Positions 18,328 through 27,375 of a DNA stretch of 64,000 nucleotides are shown here, piece by piece. The position numbers and the translations under genes are program-made. The DNA is taken from NCBI GenBank assembly GCA_026417875.1, contig JAOACK010000005.1, positions 5,062 through 69,061 on the forward strand. The letters are read 5' to 3'. This DNA comes from Thermodesulfovibrionales bacterium. Lineage in GTDB: Bacteria > Nitrospirota > Thermodesulfovibrionia > Thermodesulfovibrionales > CALJEL01. Below the pieces are notes generated by a model, which was not told the origin of the DNA, searched no databases, and was given only the letters and a program-made list of their open reading frames with translations. The first letter of the stretch is position 1. Every line of letters starts with the position of its first letter.

Positions 18328-18567
18328 GTTGAAAAGTTTCAAAAAAATCTATAGATTTCCTATTATTTCACAGGCTTGATTGTGTAACAGATTACATAAA
18401 GTAGGCAAAAAAGTACATAATCTTGCACAACCTAAGACAACAGAAATCTATAATATGCCACCTACTATCTAAGAATGTGTAATAAAATAGGAAGGAAAAT
18501 CTAAAGCAAAGTATTTTAAAAGTACTGCACAAAATAATTAGCACTTAAAGTAATACTGCCACTTAAA

Positions 18568-19014
18568 TTAGGCTGCCCAGACCTTCCCCTCAAGCCTCTG
18601 AATCCTTATAAGTACATCATCAATAAGTTCTTTCTGAGAAAGGGCCCTGTTAAGATCACCCCTTATGTGCGATACCTCTATATATAGCTCATCTATCCTC
18701 TTGTTCATCTCATCTATCCTCTTGTTTGTATCATCTATCCTCTGAGTATTAAGCATTATCTCTGACTTAAGCTCTGCCCTTAACTCATCTATCCTCTTGT
18801 TCGTATCATCTAATGACCTCCTCAGGTCTCTTAAGTCAGACTCTATATTCGTCATCCTTGACTCTAAACCAGCCATCCTTGACTCTAAAGAGCTAATTGC
18901 AAGGGCAAATCCAGAAAGCTGCCCTGTTACTGTAGACTTAAAATCCCTGAACTCCTCCCTTAGCTCACCAAGAATTATATCCCTAACCTTCTCTGCTACC
19001 ACTTCCCATTCCAT
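18568..19014 (-). CDS. Coiled-coil protein with DDTNKRIDE repeats
   Basis: 148 aa with heptad-rich sequence and repeated LESRM and DDTNKRIDE(L/M) units. The underlying DNA repeat is CATCTATCCTCTTGTT. It lies directly downstream of the 299-aa gene. Confidence 0.5.
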   Translation of the reverse strand: MEWEVVAEKVRDIILGELREEFRDFKSTVTGQLSGFALAISSLESRMAGLESRMTNIESDLRDLRRSLDDTNKRIDELRAELKSEIMLNTQRIDDTNKRIDEMNKRIDELYIEVSHIRGDLNRALSQKELIDDVLIRIQRLEGKVWAA

Positions 19015-19041
19015 AAAACCTCCTGTTTTTATGCATTAAAC

Positions 19042-19941
19042 TCAAATTCTTGAATATCTCATCTCAAACTCAAAGCTCTTCATTGCCCTTATTTCAGGAT
19101 GCTTCTCCTTTAGATATTTCTCAACCTCAGGTGAATAATAATAACCTGTTATAAAAGAATAAACAGGAGCATTAAGATATCTTTTAACTCTGCTTAAAAC
19201 CTCAGAAAACCTCATAATGTCCTTCTTGCTCGGTCTTGACTTACATTCTCCTATCATATAGACCTTTTCTCCATTCTTTCTTCCCTCTACGTATATATTT
19301 AGCTCATCATACCTGCCATCAGGATAAACCAGATTCCTTCTATCTACAAGTGTAACCTCTATGCCATACTCCTTTTTTGCAAAATCAGGTATGTAAGGCA
19401 TTATCTTATCCTCTAAACCATAACCTACTGTATCAGAAAGGCCAGCAACTATCTCCCTTGTTCTCTCATGCTCCTTGATAAGTTTTCTTAATTCTTCCTC
19501 CGTCCTCTTCTGGGCTTCTGCTAGCTCAGCAACTACCTGCTCAAGCCTGGTAAGCCTCTTCTCGCTCTCCTTCTGCGCCTCTGCTAGCTCCTCTACCCTC
19601 TGCTCTGTCCTCTTCTGGGCTTCTGCTAACTCAGCAACTACCTGCTCAAGCCTGGTAAGTCTCTTCTCGCTCTCCTTATGTGCTTCTGCAAGCTCAGCAA
19701 CTACCTGCTCAAGCCTGGTAAGCCTCTTCTCGCTCTCCTTCTGCGCCTCTGCTAGCTCCTCTACCCTCTGCTCTGTCCTCTTCTGGGCTTCTGCTAGCTC
19801 TTTTACTATTGACTTAAGTTCTTCAAAATCAGACCTTTTTACAGTCTCTGCTATCTCCTCCTTAAAAAACTCAAAGGCCTTAAGAAGTGGAAGCTTTATT
19901 TCCACAGGAAGCTGCTCTATTGCTTCAAGATACTTTAACAT
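19042..19941 (-). CDS. Coiled-coil repeat protein with a C-terminal PD-(D/E)xK nuclease-like domain (DUF3782-type family)
   Basis: 299 aa. The N-terminal half consists of ELAEAQK(R/E)... repeats. The C-terminal half reads ...DELNIYVEGRKNGEKVYMIGECKSRPSKKDIMRF (D ... E-x-K arrangement). It is a paralogue of the gene at 53473-54279. Confidence 0.55.
   Translation of the reverse strand: MLKYLEAIEQLPVEIKLPLLKAFEFFKEEIAETVKRSDFEELKSIVKELAEAQKRTEQRVEELAEAQKESEKRLTRLEQVVAELAEAHKESEKRLTRLEQVVAELAEAQKRTEQRVEELAEAQKESEKRLTRLEQVVAELAEAQKRTEEELRKLIKEHERTREIVAGLSDTVGYGLEDKIMPYIPDFAKKEYGIEVTLVDRRNLVYPDGRYDELNIYVEGRKNGEKVYMIGECKSRPSKKDIMRFSEVLSRVKRYLNAPVYSFITGYYYSPEVEKYLKEKHPEIRAMKSFEFEMRYSRI
19499..19800. 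repeat. Near-identical in-frame tandem DNA repeats (42-nt and 63-nt units; 105-nt super-unit)
   Basis: The blocks CCTCTTCTGGGCTTCTGCTAGCTC and AGCAACTACCTGCTCAAGCCTGGTAAGCCTCTTCTCGCTCTCCTT recur three times each, with only 1-3 substitutions. They encode ELAEAQKRTEQRVE and ELAEAQKESEKRLTRLEQVVA units. Confidence 0.85.
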
Positions 19942-20045
19942 AAAAAATTATAACATATGTTAAAGTAAAAACATTTAAAATCATTTAACACAAATTAAAC
20001 TTATAGGATATTGAGTCTGTTTACATTTTTTCACTGTAGCATCTG

Positions 20046-20075
20046 TTGACAGCTAAGCTATTCACGGGCTAAAAT
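20046..20075 (+). promoter_or_regulatory. Candidate sigma-70 promoter for argB
   Basis: TTGACA (20046-20051), an 18-nt spacer, then TAAAAT (20070-20075), about 30 nt upstream of the argB ATG. Confidence 0.35.
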
Positions 20076-20104
20076 CCAAATCTAATGAACTTCGGGAGGT
20101 CAGG

Positions 20105-20983
20105 ATGAAAAAACTTGCTGAAAAGGCAGCTGTTCTAATAGAGGCATTGCCTTATATAAGAAATTTCTATGGAAAGACCTTTGTAATAAAATATGGTGGT
20201 GCTGCCCAGACTGAAGAAGCGCTCAAGGAAAGCTTTGCTCAGGATATTGTGCTTTTGAATTTTATAGGGATTCATACTGTTGTTGTCCATGGAGGAGGTC
20301 CGAAGATATCAAAGACCATGGAGCAGATGGGGAAAAAGCCCCTCTTCATACAGGGTCAGAGGATAACAGACAGGGAGACAATGGATATTGTGGAGATGGT
20401 GCTTGCAGGAATAATAAATAAAGAGATCGTAAATCTCATAAACAGTCACGGTGGTAAGGCTGTTGGTTTAAGTGGAAAGGATGGTGGCCTTATTAAGGCA
20501 AGAAAGAAATTGATTAAAAAGATATCTCCTGAGACACAGACAGAGGAGATCATAGATCCAGGACTTGTTGGAGATGTGGAGGAGGTTGATCCATCCATAC
20601 TCCACACACTTAAGGAAAAAAACTTTATACCTGTCATAGCACCTGTAGGATATGACAGTAAGGGAAACACACTAAATATTAATGCTGATTATGTGGCTGC
20701 TGCTATTGCAGGAGCACTGAGGGCTGAAAAACTAATACTCATGACCGATGTTGAGGGAATTCTGGATGAAGATGGTCATCTCATTTCATCCATAAAGGCG
20801 TCGAAGGCTGAAAAACTTATTGACAAAGTAATAAAGGGCGGTATGATACCAAAGGTCCAGGCCTGTATCAGTGCCCTCAGGCAGGGATGTTCAAAGACCT
20901 ATATTGTTGATGGAAGGATTGAGCATGCCCTGCTTCTTGAGATTTTCACCAGGGAAGGTCTCGGTACAGAGATAGTTCTTTGA
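20105..20983 (+). CDS. argB: Acetylglutamate kinase
   Basis: 292 aa with FVIKYGGAA, VVVHGGGP and the other AAK-family motifs diagnostic for ArgB. Confidence 0.93.
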   Translation: MKKLAEKAAVLIEALPYIRNFYGKTFVIKYGGAAQTEEALKESFAQDIVLLNFIGIHTVVVHGGGPKISKTMEQMGKKPLFIQGQRITDRETMDIVEMVLAGIINKEIVNLINSHGGKAVGLSGKDGGLIKARKKLIKKISPETQTEEIIDPGLVGDVEEVDPSILHTLKEKNFIPVIAPVGYDSKGNTLNINADYVAAAIAGALRAEKLILMTDVEGILDEDGHLISSIKASKAEKLIDKVIKGGMIPKVQACISALRQGCSKTYIVDGRIEHALLLEIFTREGLGTEIVL

Positions 20984-20984
20984 G

Positions 20985-21776
20985 ATGTCCTTAGGAAAAA
21001 GGTTTTTTAAATATCTTCTGATCTTCTTTTTCTCAGGGCTTATCTTTTTATTTATTGCCTATCTCTTTACAATACCCTCCACTGCATGGCTAAAACATAA
21101 AAATCCTGAACTTACCTCACTTATGAATTACAGGCTGAAAAAAGCCTCTCCAGGATACCATATCAGAAAAAAATGGGTTCCTCTCTCTGAGATTTCACCC
21201 TATCTTATAAAGGCAGTCCTGATTGCTGAGGATGACAGATTTTATATGCATGAGGGATTTGATATTGAAGGTATAAAAGAAGCAATAAGAAAGGACATAA
21301 AAAAAGGAAAGTTTGTTGCAGGTGGAAGCACCATAACACAGCAGCTTGCAAAAAATCTCTTCCTCACACCGGAAAGGACCATCACAAGAAAGATGAAAGA
21401 AGCAATAATTGCATGGAAACTTGAAAGAACCCTTTCCAAGAAAAGGATCTTAGAACTTTACCTTAATGTGGTTGAATGGGGTCCTGGTGTTTTTGGAGCT
21501 GAAGCAGCTGCCAATTATTATTTTGGAAAGAGTTCAAGAGAGCTCACACCAGAGGAGGCGGCAAGGCTTGCTGTAGTTCTTCCCAATCCTATTAGATACA
21601 ATCCCCTGAGTGGCTCAAGGTATGTAGAAAACAGGGCAGCCTTTGTACTTGAGATCATGAGAAAGAGGGGCATTATCCCTCCTGAGTACGGGCTTGAAAA
21701 GGGCTCCTCTGATACCGAGGAACAGAATCTAATGGATCATCCTCAAGAAGAGAAGATTCAAGAAATAAGGGAATAA
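20985..21776 (+). CDS. mtgA: Monofunctional peptidoglycan glycosyltransferase
   Basis: 263 aa with an N-terminal TM helix and the GT51 motifs EDDRFYMHEGFD and GGSTITQQLAKNLFL. Confidence 0.9.
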   Translation: MSLGKRFFKYLLIFFFSGLIFLFIAYLFTIPSTAWLKHKNPELTSLMNYRLKKASPGYHIRKKWVPLSEISPYLIKAVLIAEDDRFYMHEGFDIEGIKEAIRKDIKKGKFVAGGSTITQQLAKNLFLTPERTITRKMKEAIIAWKLERTLSKKRILELYLNVVEWGPGVFGAEAAANYYFGKSSRELTPEEAARLAVVLPNPIRYNPLSGSRYVENRAAFVLEIMRKRGIIPPEYGLEKGSSDTEEQNLMDHPQEEKIQEIRE

Positions 21777-21777
21777 T

Positions 21778-22695
21778 TTATTTTACGAAGGTCAGCCAGT
21801 CTCTATATTTTCTGTTCTTACCCTTTACTGTATCAAAAAAGATAGTCTGCAATTTTTTTGTTATTTCACCTGGTCTGCCTGTTCCGATTATCCGTCCATC
21901 CACCTCTATTATTGGTGTAACCTCAGCTGCTGTTCCTGTAAAAAAAGCCTCATCAGCTGTATAAACCTCATCCCTTGTAAATCTCTGTTCGCTGAAAGAG
22001 ATGCCTTCATCCTTTGCAATTGTTATAATACTATCTCTTGTAATGCCCTCAAGAATTGAGGTCAGGGGAGTTGTCTTCAATATCCCCTTTCTCACTATGA
22101 ATATATTCTCTCCGCTTCCCTCGGAGACATAACCATCGGCATCAAGCAGAAGGGCCTCATCATAGCCATGAGAGATTGCCTCACGCTTTGCAAGCTGGGA
22201 GTTCACATAGTATCCACTAACCTTTGCCCTTGCCATAAAGGAATTTACATGTCCGCGGATAAAAGAGGATATCTTTACCCTTATACCCCTGTTCAATCCC
22301 TCTTCTCCAAGATAGGAACCCCAGGGCCATACTGCAATTGCAAGATTCACAGGATTACCCTTTGGAAAAAGGCCCATGGCACCGTATCCCAGATAGACAA
22401 TTGGTCTTATATAACATTCTGTCATTCTGTTTTCTCTAACAGTCTCTATTACTGCTTTTTTGATATCTTCCTTGGAATAAGGTATCTGGAGCATGAATAT
22501 AGAGGCTGATTTGACCAGTCGATCTATATGCTCATCAAGCCTGAATATGGCAGGACCTTCTACTGTCTCATAGCACCTTATACCCTCAAATATTGCAAGA
22601 CCATAATGAAGGCTGTGGGTAAGTACATGAACCTTTGCCTCATCCCATGGAACGAGCCTTCCATCCATCCATATCTTTTCAGTCTTGTTTATCAT
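21778..22695 (-). CDS. ilvE: Branched-chain amino acid aminotransferase
   Basis: 305 aa, a class IV aminotransferase. It has [33 protein letters not shown] and the C-terminal [10 protein letters not shown] motif. Confidence 0.92.
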   Translation of the reverse strand: MINKTEKIWMDGRLVPWDEAKVHVLTHSLHYGLAIFEGIRCYETVEGPAIFRLDEHIDRLVKSASIFMLQIPYSKEDIKKAVIETVRENRMTECYIRPIVYLGYGAMGLFPKGNPVNLAIAVWPWGSYLGEEGLNRGIRVKISSFIRGHVNSFMARAKVSGYYVNSQLAKREAISHGYDEALLLDADGYVSEGSGENIFIVRKGILKTTPLTSILEGITRDSIITIAKDEGISFSEQRFTRDEVYTADEAFFTGTAAEVTPIIEVDGRIIGTGRPGEITKKLQTIFFDTVKGKNRKYRDWLTFVK

Positions 22696-22704
22696 ACCTG
22701 GCTC

Positions 22705-23865
22705 CTAAGATTTTTTCTTTAATGACTCTTTTATGAGCTCCTGACCTATTACATTTCTCTGGATCTGGTTTGTTCCCTCGTAGATCTGGAGTATCTTTGC
22801 ATCACGCATCATCTTTTCTACAGGATATTCCCTCATATATCCGTAACCACCCAGTATCTGTACAGCATTTGTCGTGACCCTCATTGCCATGTCTGTTGCA
22901 AATAATTTTGCCATTGCCGATTCCTTTGAAAAATCCTTTGCTCCACTATCCATATATCTTGCAACAGAATAGACCAGTGCCCTTGCTGCCTCTATCTCTG
23001 TAGCCATATCAGCAAGCATATGCTGTATAGCCTGAAAACTTATTATTGGATGACCAAACTGATGCCTCTTTCTCGCATAATCAAGGGCAACCTCAAAAGC
23101 TCCCTGAGCTACACCAACTCCCTGAGCTCCCACTCCAACCCTTGAATGGTCAAGGGTCTTCATGGCTACAATAAATCCCATTCCTTCCCTGCCAAGGAGA
23201 TTCTCCTTTGGAACTTTACAGTTTTCAAATATGAGCTCCCTTGTGGCAGATGCCCTTATGCCCATCTTTTTTTCTTTTTTTCCGAAGGAAAATCCCGGTG
23301 TACCCTTCTCCACTATAAAGGCTGATGCTCCTCTTGCACCCTTTTTTTTGTCAGTGATTGCTATGACCGTGTATATCTCTGCCTCACCACCATTTGTTAT
23401 CCATTGTTTTGTGCCATTAAGGATGTAATAGTCACCTTCTTTCTTTGCTGTAGTCTCAATACCTCCTGCATCACTTCCGGCATTTGCCTCTGTAAGGGCA
23501 AAGGCAACAAGCCTTTTACCACTTGCAATATCAGGAAGGTATTTTCTTTTTTGCTCTTCATTACCGAATAATATTATGGGATATGTTCCCAGTGCATTGG
23601 CAGCATATGTGGTCGATACACCAAGGCACGCCCTCGAAAGCTCCTCAACTGCTATACAGAGCTCAAGGGCACCTTTACCTAAACCTTCATACTCTTCAGG
23701 TATAAATATCCTTAAAAGGTCAGCCTGGGCTATGGCCTTCATTATATCCCAGGGAAACTCTTCTTTCTCATCAAGTTCCTCTCTAACAGGAACAACCTTT
23801 TCCTCTGCTATCTTTCTTGCAATCTCCTTTATCATTAGCTGTTCTTCTGTAAGAAAATAATCCAT
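22705..23865 (-). CDS. Acyl-CoA dehydrogenase (short/branched-chain type)
   Basis: 386 aa with canonical ACAD sequence throughout (ALTEANAGSDAGG, QWITNGG, YEGTNQIQR). It lies adjacent to ilvE. Confidence 0.9.
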   Translation of the reverse strand: MDYFLTEEQLMIKEIARKIAEEKVVPVREELDEKEEFPWDIMKAIAQADLLRIFIPEEYEGLGKGALELCIAVEELSRACLGVSTTYAANALGTYPIILFGNEEQKRKYLPDIASGKRLVAFALTEANAGSDAGGIETTAKKEGDYYILNGTKQWITNGGEAEIYTVIAITDKKKGARGASAFIVEKGTPGFSFGKKEKKMGIRASATRELIFENCKVPKENLLGREGMGFIVAMKTLDHSRVGVGAQGVGVAQGAFEVALDYARKRHQFGHPIISFQAIQHMLADMATEIEAARALVYSVARYMDSGAKDFSKESAMAKLFATDMAMRVTTNAVQILGGYGYMREYPVEKMMRDAKILQIYEGTNQIQRNVIGQELIKESLKKKS

Positions 23866-24254
23866 CTCTTCCTCCCTTTCTAAAACAGGTAAATAAGGAT
23901 AAATTATAGGTCTCTATTTTCTCAAAGTATACAAGCCTTTGTCAAGGAAAGTGGTTATCCCCTGATCCGCCGAAAGAAATCTATGATAATCTTATTAAAA
24001 GGACAGGTGTGCCGAAAAGCGAAACCTTATACTGAACGCAGAAAAAATATGGCCCTTTATTAACCACATCACAAAACTCATCTTAATGGTGAATCTATTA
24101 TCAAGTTAATAATAAATTCTTTCGCTATGTAAAGACCTTGAGTCATGCCTGCCCCTTTTCTATAGGCAATTAGGGGTTATCAGCTCAATAAAAATGAATT
24201 TTTTTCCTGATTTGGTGTAAAATGTCTTAAAAATATTTTTACAGGAGGAGTCAA

Positions 24255-24842
24255 ATGGAAAAGTATCTTTTTATGAAAACTCTTGCTGATATGCTCGAAA
24301 GAGAGGATTTTCTTAAAAAGGTCTTCAGTATCTATCTGAAGGCTGTAGCTGTATTTGCTTTGCTTGCAGGTCTTGTAGGATTTGTTATTGGATGGAGAGA
24401 GGTCTTCAAGATGCAGACGTCCGGAATAATAGGAGGCACGATATTTCAGTTACTCTTTGCAGTGGCCGTTTATGCAGGAGTCCATGCCCTCTTAATCGGT
24501 TCACAGAAGATAAGAGACTTAAAAGCTTATGATTCACTCTATACGAATATAGGCCATGAAATAATAAAGACTTTTGCAAACGCCTATTCCGCCTTTGCCA
24601 TTATTATGGCTATCGCTGGAGGCATATTCATATGGTTTGCAGGTCCAGGAGTAATAAATGCAAATCCACTTTTCAAGACCGTAACTTACTATTATCCTTT
24701 TTCCGGTCTTAAGGGAGAGACCTTCATCCAGGGTCTTACTTTCATGGTGAGGGGCATAGCCTATACATTTTTAATATTTCTTGGACTTCAAATAATCGCA
24801 GAACTTCTTAAAGCATTCACAGGATCTTCAAAGGGAAGATAG
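24255..24842 (+). CDS. Hypothetical integral membrane protein
   Basis: 195 aa with 4-5 predicted TM helices. A GGAGGAG RBS lies upstream. No family was recognised. Confidence 0.5.
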   Translation: MEKYLFMKTLADMLEREDFLKKVFSIYLKAVAVFALLAGLVGFVIGWREVFKMQTSGIIGGTIFQLLFAVAVYAGVHALLIGSQKIRDLKAYDSLYTNIGHEIIKTFANAYSAFAIIMAIAGGIFIWFAGPGVINANPLFKTVTYYYPFSGLKGETFIQGLTFMVRGIAYTFLIFLGLQIIAELLKAFTGSSKGR

Positions 24843-27353
24843 AGTGCTTTTAAGTTTAAGCATCCGTTCTCTTAATTTATCCCGGAGGAATTCTGCATCA
24901 GAAGCTCCTCCGGGAGGCATTAGTGGTCTGTCTATAATTATATCTATTCTGCTTAATCTGGGTATCTTCCTTCCTCTTGGGAGACTTTTGAATGTCCCTT
25001 CAATAATTACAGGAACAACAGGTACCTGCTCCTCGATGCTCAAGATTGCAAATCCGGTCTTAAATTCCCTTAGTTCTCCGTCAAAGGACCTTCCTCCTTC
25101 AGGAAATATGCACAGGCATTTGCCTCTTTTAAGTATCTCTTTTGAATAGGCCATTGCACTTAGGATATCACTGTCTGAGCTAATGGATATAACATTTATG
25201 AGCTCGGCAAGGAACTTAGAAGGAAAATATTTCTTGAGTCCCTGAAAATATAAATCTTTTGAGACCCTGTATGGAAGTGAAGCGAAAAGCACAAAACCAT
25301 CAAGATAACTTGTGTGATTGGGTGTAATAATAAAAGGTGGAGCTGGAAGATTATCTATTCCCTGAACCCTGAGTCTGAATAATAGCCTGAACACAATCCT
25401 TAATAAAATATGGGCTATTCTTAATATGACCCGATTGATTAATCTAAAGATTGCTCCTCTCCGTTTTCCGGGGATGAATCTTGCAGGGGGAAGTGTCTGT
25501 AATCTCTCAATGTCCCTTATAACATCATCAAGGATATGCCATCTCGCTACAATATCATCTGTAAGGTTTATGGAAAACTTTTTTTCAATAGCTGCTGCAA
25601 GCTCAAGTCTCTTTAGGGAATCCAGCCCCAGGTCAAGCTCAAGATGGTCTGTAAGATAGACATTATCAATTGATGGCACAAGGGTTTTAAGGACCTTAAG
25701 AACAGCTTTACCTGTAGCTGTCTCAAGACCGGGATCAGGTTTTCTCTCCAGTATAGATTTCTTCTCTATTGTCTCCCTTATAAGAAACCTTTTGAATTTA
25801 CCGAGTCTTGTCTTTGGAAGGGCTTCATTATGAAGCCTGAATCCTTTAAGCCTCATATAAGAAGGTAATTTCCCTGAAAGAGAATCAATCTCCCATTTTA
25901 GACTGGAATTTATATTCACTATACCTTTATTTCTTGCATAATCAAGATCAGGAACAATCACTGCTTCCATTGTATCCAGAATACATATCTCTTTTATAAG
26001 GGGGATTGCCTTTCTGTATCTTTCCTCTATATCTTCAGGATAAATGGTCTTTCCCGAAGGAAGAATTATCACATCCTTTTTTCTTCCTGTAATGTAAAGA
26101 TAACCATCTTTATCAATATATCCGAGGTCTCCTGTGAGAAACCATCCCTCCTGAATGGACTGACTGGTAAGCTCCTCATTTTTATAATAACCCTTCATAA
26201 CCAATGGACCTTTTATAGCTATCTCTCCTGTGCCTGTTTCATCAGGATTAATAATTTTAAGTTCTACTCCGTCAAGTGGTTTTCCTGCAGAACCCGGTTT
26301 TCTTCTTTTAACAGGATTAAATGTAGCAACAGGTGAAGTCTCTGTAAGACCGTAACCTTCAATAACTGTAAAACCAAAAGCCTCAAGGTCCATCATCACA
26401 TCTGGGTCAAGCCTTGCACCTCCGGAGGCAAAAAATCTTAACTGAAAACCAGTTTTTATATGAAGAAAGAAGAACAGCAACCTGCCGATATTTAGATCAT
26501 ATTTTCTTCTTAAAAAAGAACTCAGTCTTTTTACCACAAACAGTGGTATCCTTAAAAAGATTGGAAGTCTCTTTAAACGCTCAAGTATCCTTATTCTCAT
26601 TAGTTCAAGGACCTGCGGTACAGCAATAACAGAAGTTATTTTCCTTTCTTTTATTGTTTTTAAAACCTCAGGACCTCTCAGATAGGGTGAAAAGCTAATA
26701 GTTGCACCCAGACAGAATGGAACAAGGAAATTACACACAAAAGGATAGGTGTGATGAAGTGGTAGAATACAGAGAACATTCTCATCACTACTGATAATAC
26801 CTGTCTTTTTACCTGCCTCTATTTCAAAGCTGAAATTTCTGTGGGTGAGCATCACTGCCTTGGGTCTACCTGTTGTACCTGAGGTATAGATTATAGAGGC
26901 TATTGTATCCTCTGAAGGCTCATAAAATTCAATTTTATCGAATATTAGTAATTCTTCAACTTTTTCAATATTAAAACCATTGTATTCCTTCACCACTGGG
27001 GCTGTCTTTTCTGAATAAAGAACAAACTTTACTTCAGAATCCTTTATAACAAGCTCCACACCCTCCCTGTCTGACTCTACATCAAGCGGAACAGCTATGG
27101 CACCCCGCAGGATAATTGCTATGTAAGCAATGCACCAGTAAACCGAATTCTCTGCATAAAGAAGAACCCTGTCCTGATGTGATACAACTTTATTTAGATA
27201 AACAGCGAGTCTCGTGCTCAGGTCCTTTATATCTTCATAAGTAAAAGAGCGCCAGATATATCTTTCCCCAGTGGCAGGCCGCACAGGCTGAAAAAAGGCA
27301 ATCCTCTTATTGAATCTCTCAAAGGAAAGAAGGAAATGATCCTTAAGGGTCAT
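24828..27353 (-). CDS. Tri-domain fusion: AMP-dependent acyl ligase + carrier (ACP-like) domain + PlsC-type lysophospholipid acyltransferase
   Basis: 841 aa.
- Adenylate-forming motifs: IIYTSGTTGRPKAV, GYGLTETS, TGDLGYIDKDGYLYITGRKKD.
- A phosphopantetheine-type site: LELDLGLDSLKRLEL.
- Acyltransferase motifs: HX4D (ITPNHTSYLDG) and FPEGGRS. Confidence 0.8.
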   Translation of the reverse strand: MTLKDHFLLSFERFNKRIAFFQPVRPATGERYIWRSFTYEDIKDLSTRLAVYLNKVVSHQDRVLLYAENSVYWCIAYIAIILRGAIAVPLDVESDREGVELVIKDSEVKFVLYSEKTAPVVKEYNGFNIEKVEELLIFDKIEFYEPSEDTIASIIYTSGTTGRPKAVMLTHRNFSFEIEAGKKTGIISSDENVLCILPLHHTYPFVCNFLVPFCLGATISFSPYLRGPEVLKTIKERKITSVIAVPQVLELMRIRILERLKRLPIFLRIPLFVVKRLSSFLRRKYDLNIGRLLFFFLHIKTGFQLRFFASGGARLDPDVMMDLEAFGFTVIEGYGLTETSPVATFNPVKRRKPGSAGKPLDGVELKIINPDETGTGEIAIKGPLVMKGYYKNEELTSQSIQEGWFLTGDLGYIDKDGYLYITGRKKDVIILPSGKTIYPEDIEERYRKAIPLIKEICILDTMEAVIVPDLDYARNKGIVNINSSLKWEIDSLSGKLPSYMRLKGFRLHNEALPKTRLGKFKRFLIRETIEKKSILERKPDPGLETATGKAVLKVLKTLVPSIDNVYLTDHLELDLGLDSLKRLELAAAIEKKFSINLTDDIVARWHILDDVIRDIERLQTLPPARFIPGKRRGAIFRLINRVILRIAHILLRIVFRLLFRLRVQGIDNLPAPPFIITPNHTSYLDGFVLFASLPYRVSKDLYFQGLKKYFPSKFLAELINVISISSDSDILSAMAYSKEILKRGKCLCIFPEGGRSFDGELREFKTGFAILSIEEQVPVVPVIIEGTFKSLPRGRKIPRLSRIDIIIDRPLMPPGGASDAEFLRDKLRERMLKLKSTLSSL

Positions 27354-27375
27354 AAAAGATTATATCACATAGAGG

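Noticed and set aside
19499-19800. Possible CRISPR array or other non-coding repeat at 19.5 kb (similarly at 53936-54085 and 18680-18800)
   Set aside because: The repeats are contiguous with no unique spacers. Their lengths are multiples of 3, and they lie inside long ORFs encoding heptad-like coiled coils. No cas genes are nearby.
19475-19963. 162-aa plus-strand Ser/Ala/Leu-rich ORF across the tandem repeats
   Set aside because: It is the antisense reading of the ELAEAQK coiled-coil repeats. Its periodicity is inherited from the minus-strand gene, and it has no start context.
23866-24254. Riboswitch or sRNA in the 389-bp gap upstream of the acyl-CoA dehydrogenase and the membrane protein gene
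   Set aside because: I recognised no conserved riboswitch core sequences or convincing stable hairpins. The gap is most simply a divergent promoter region.
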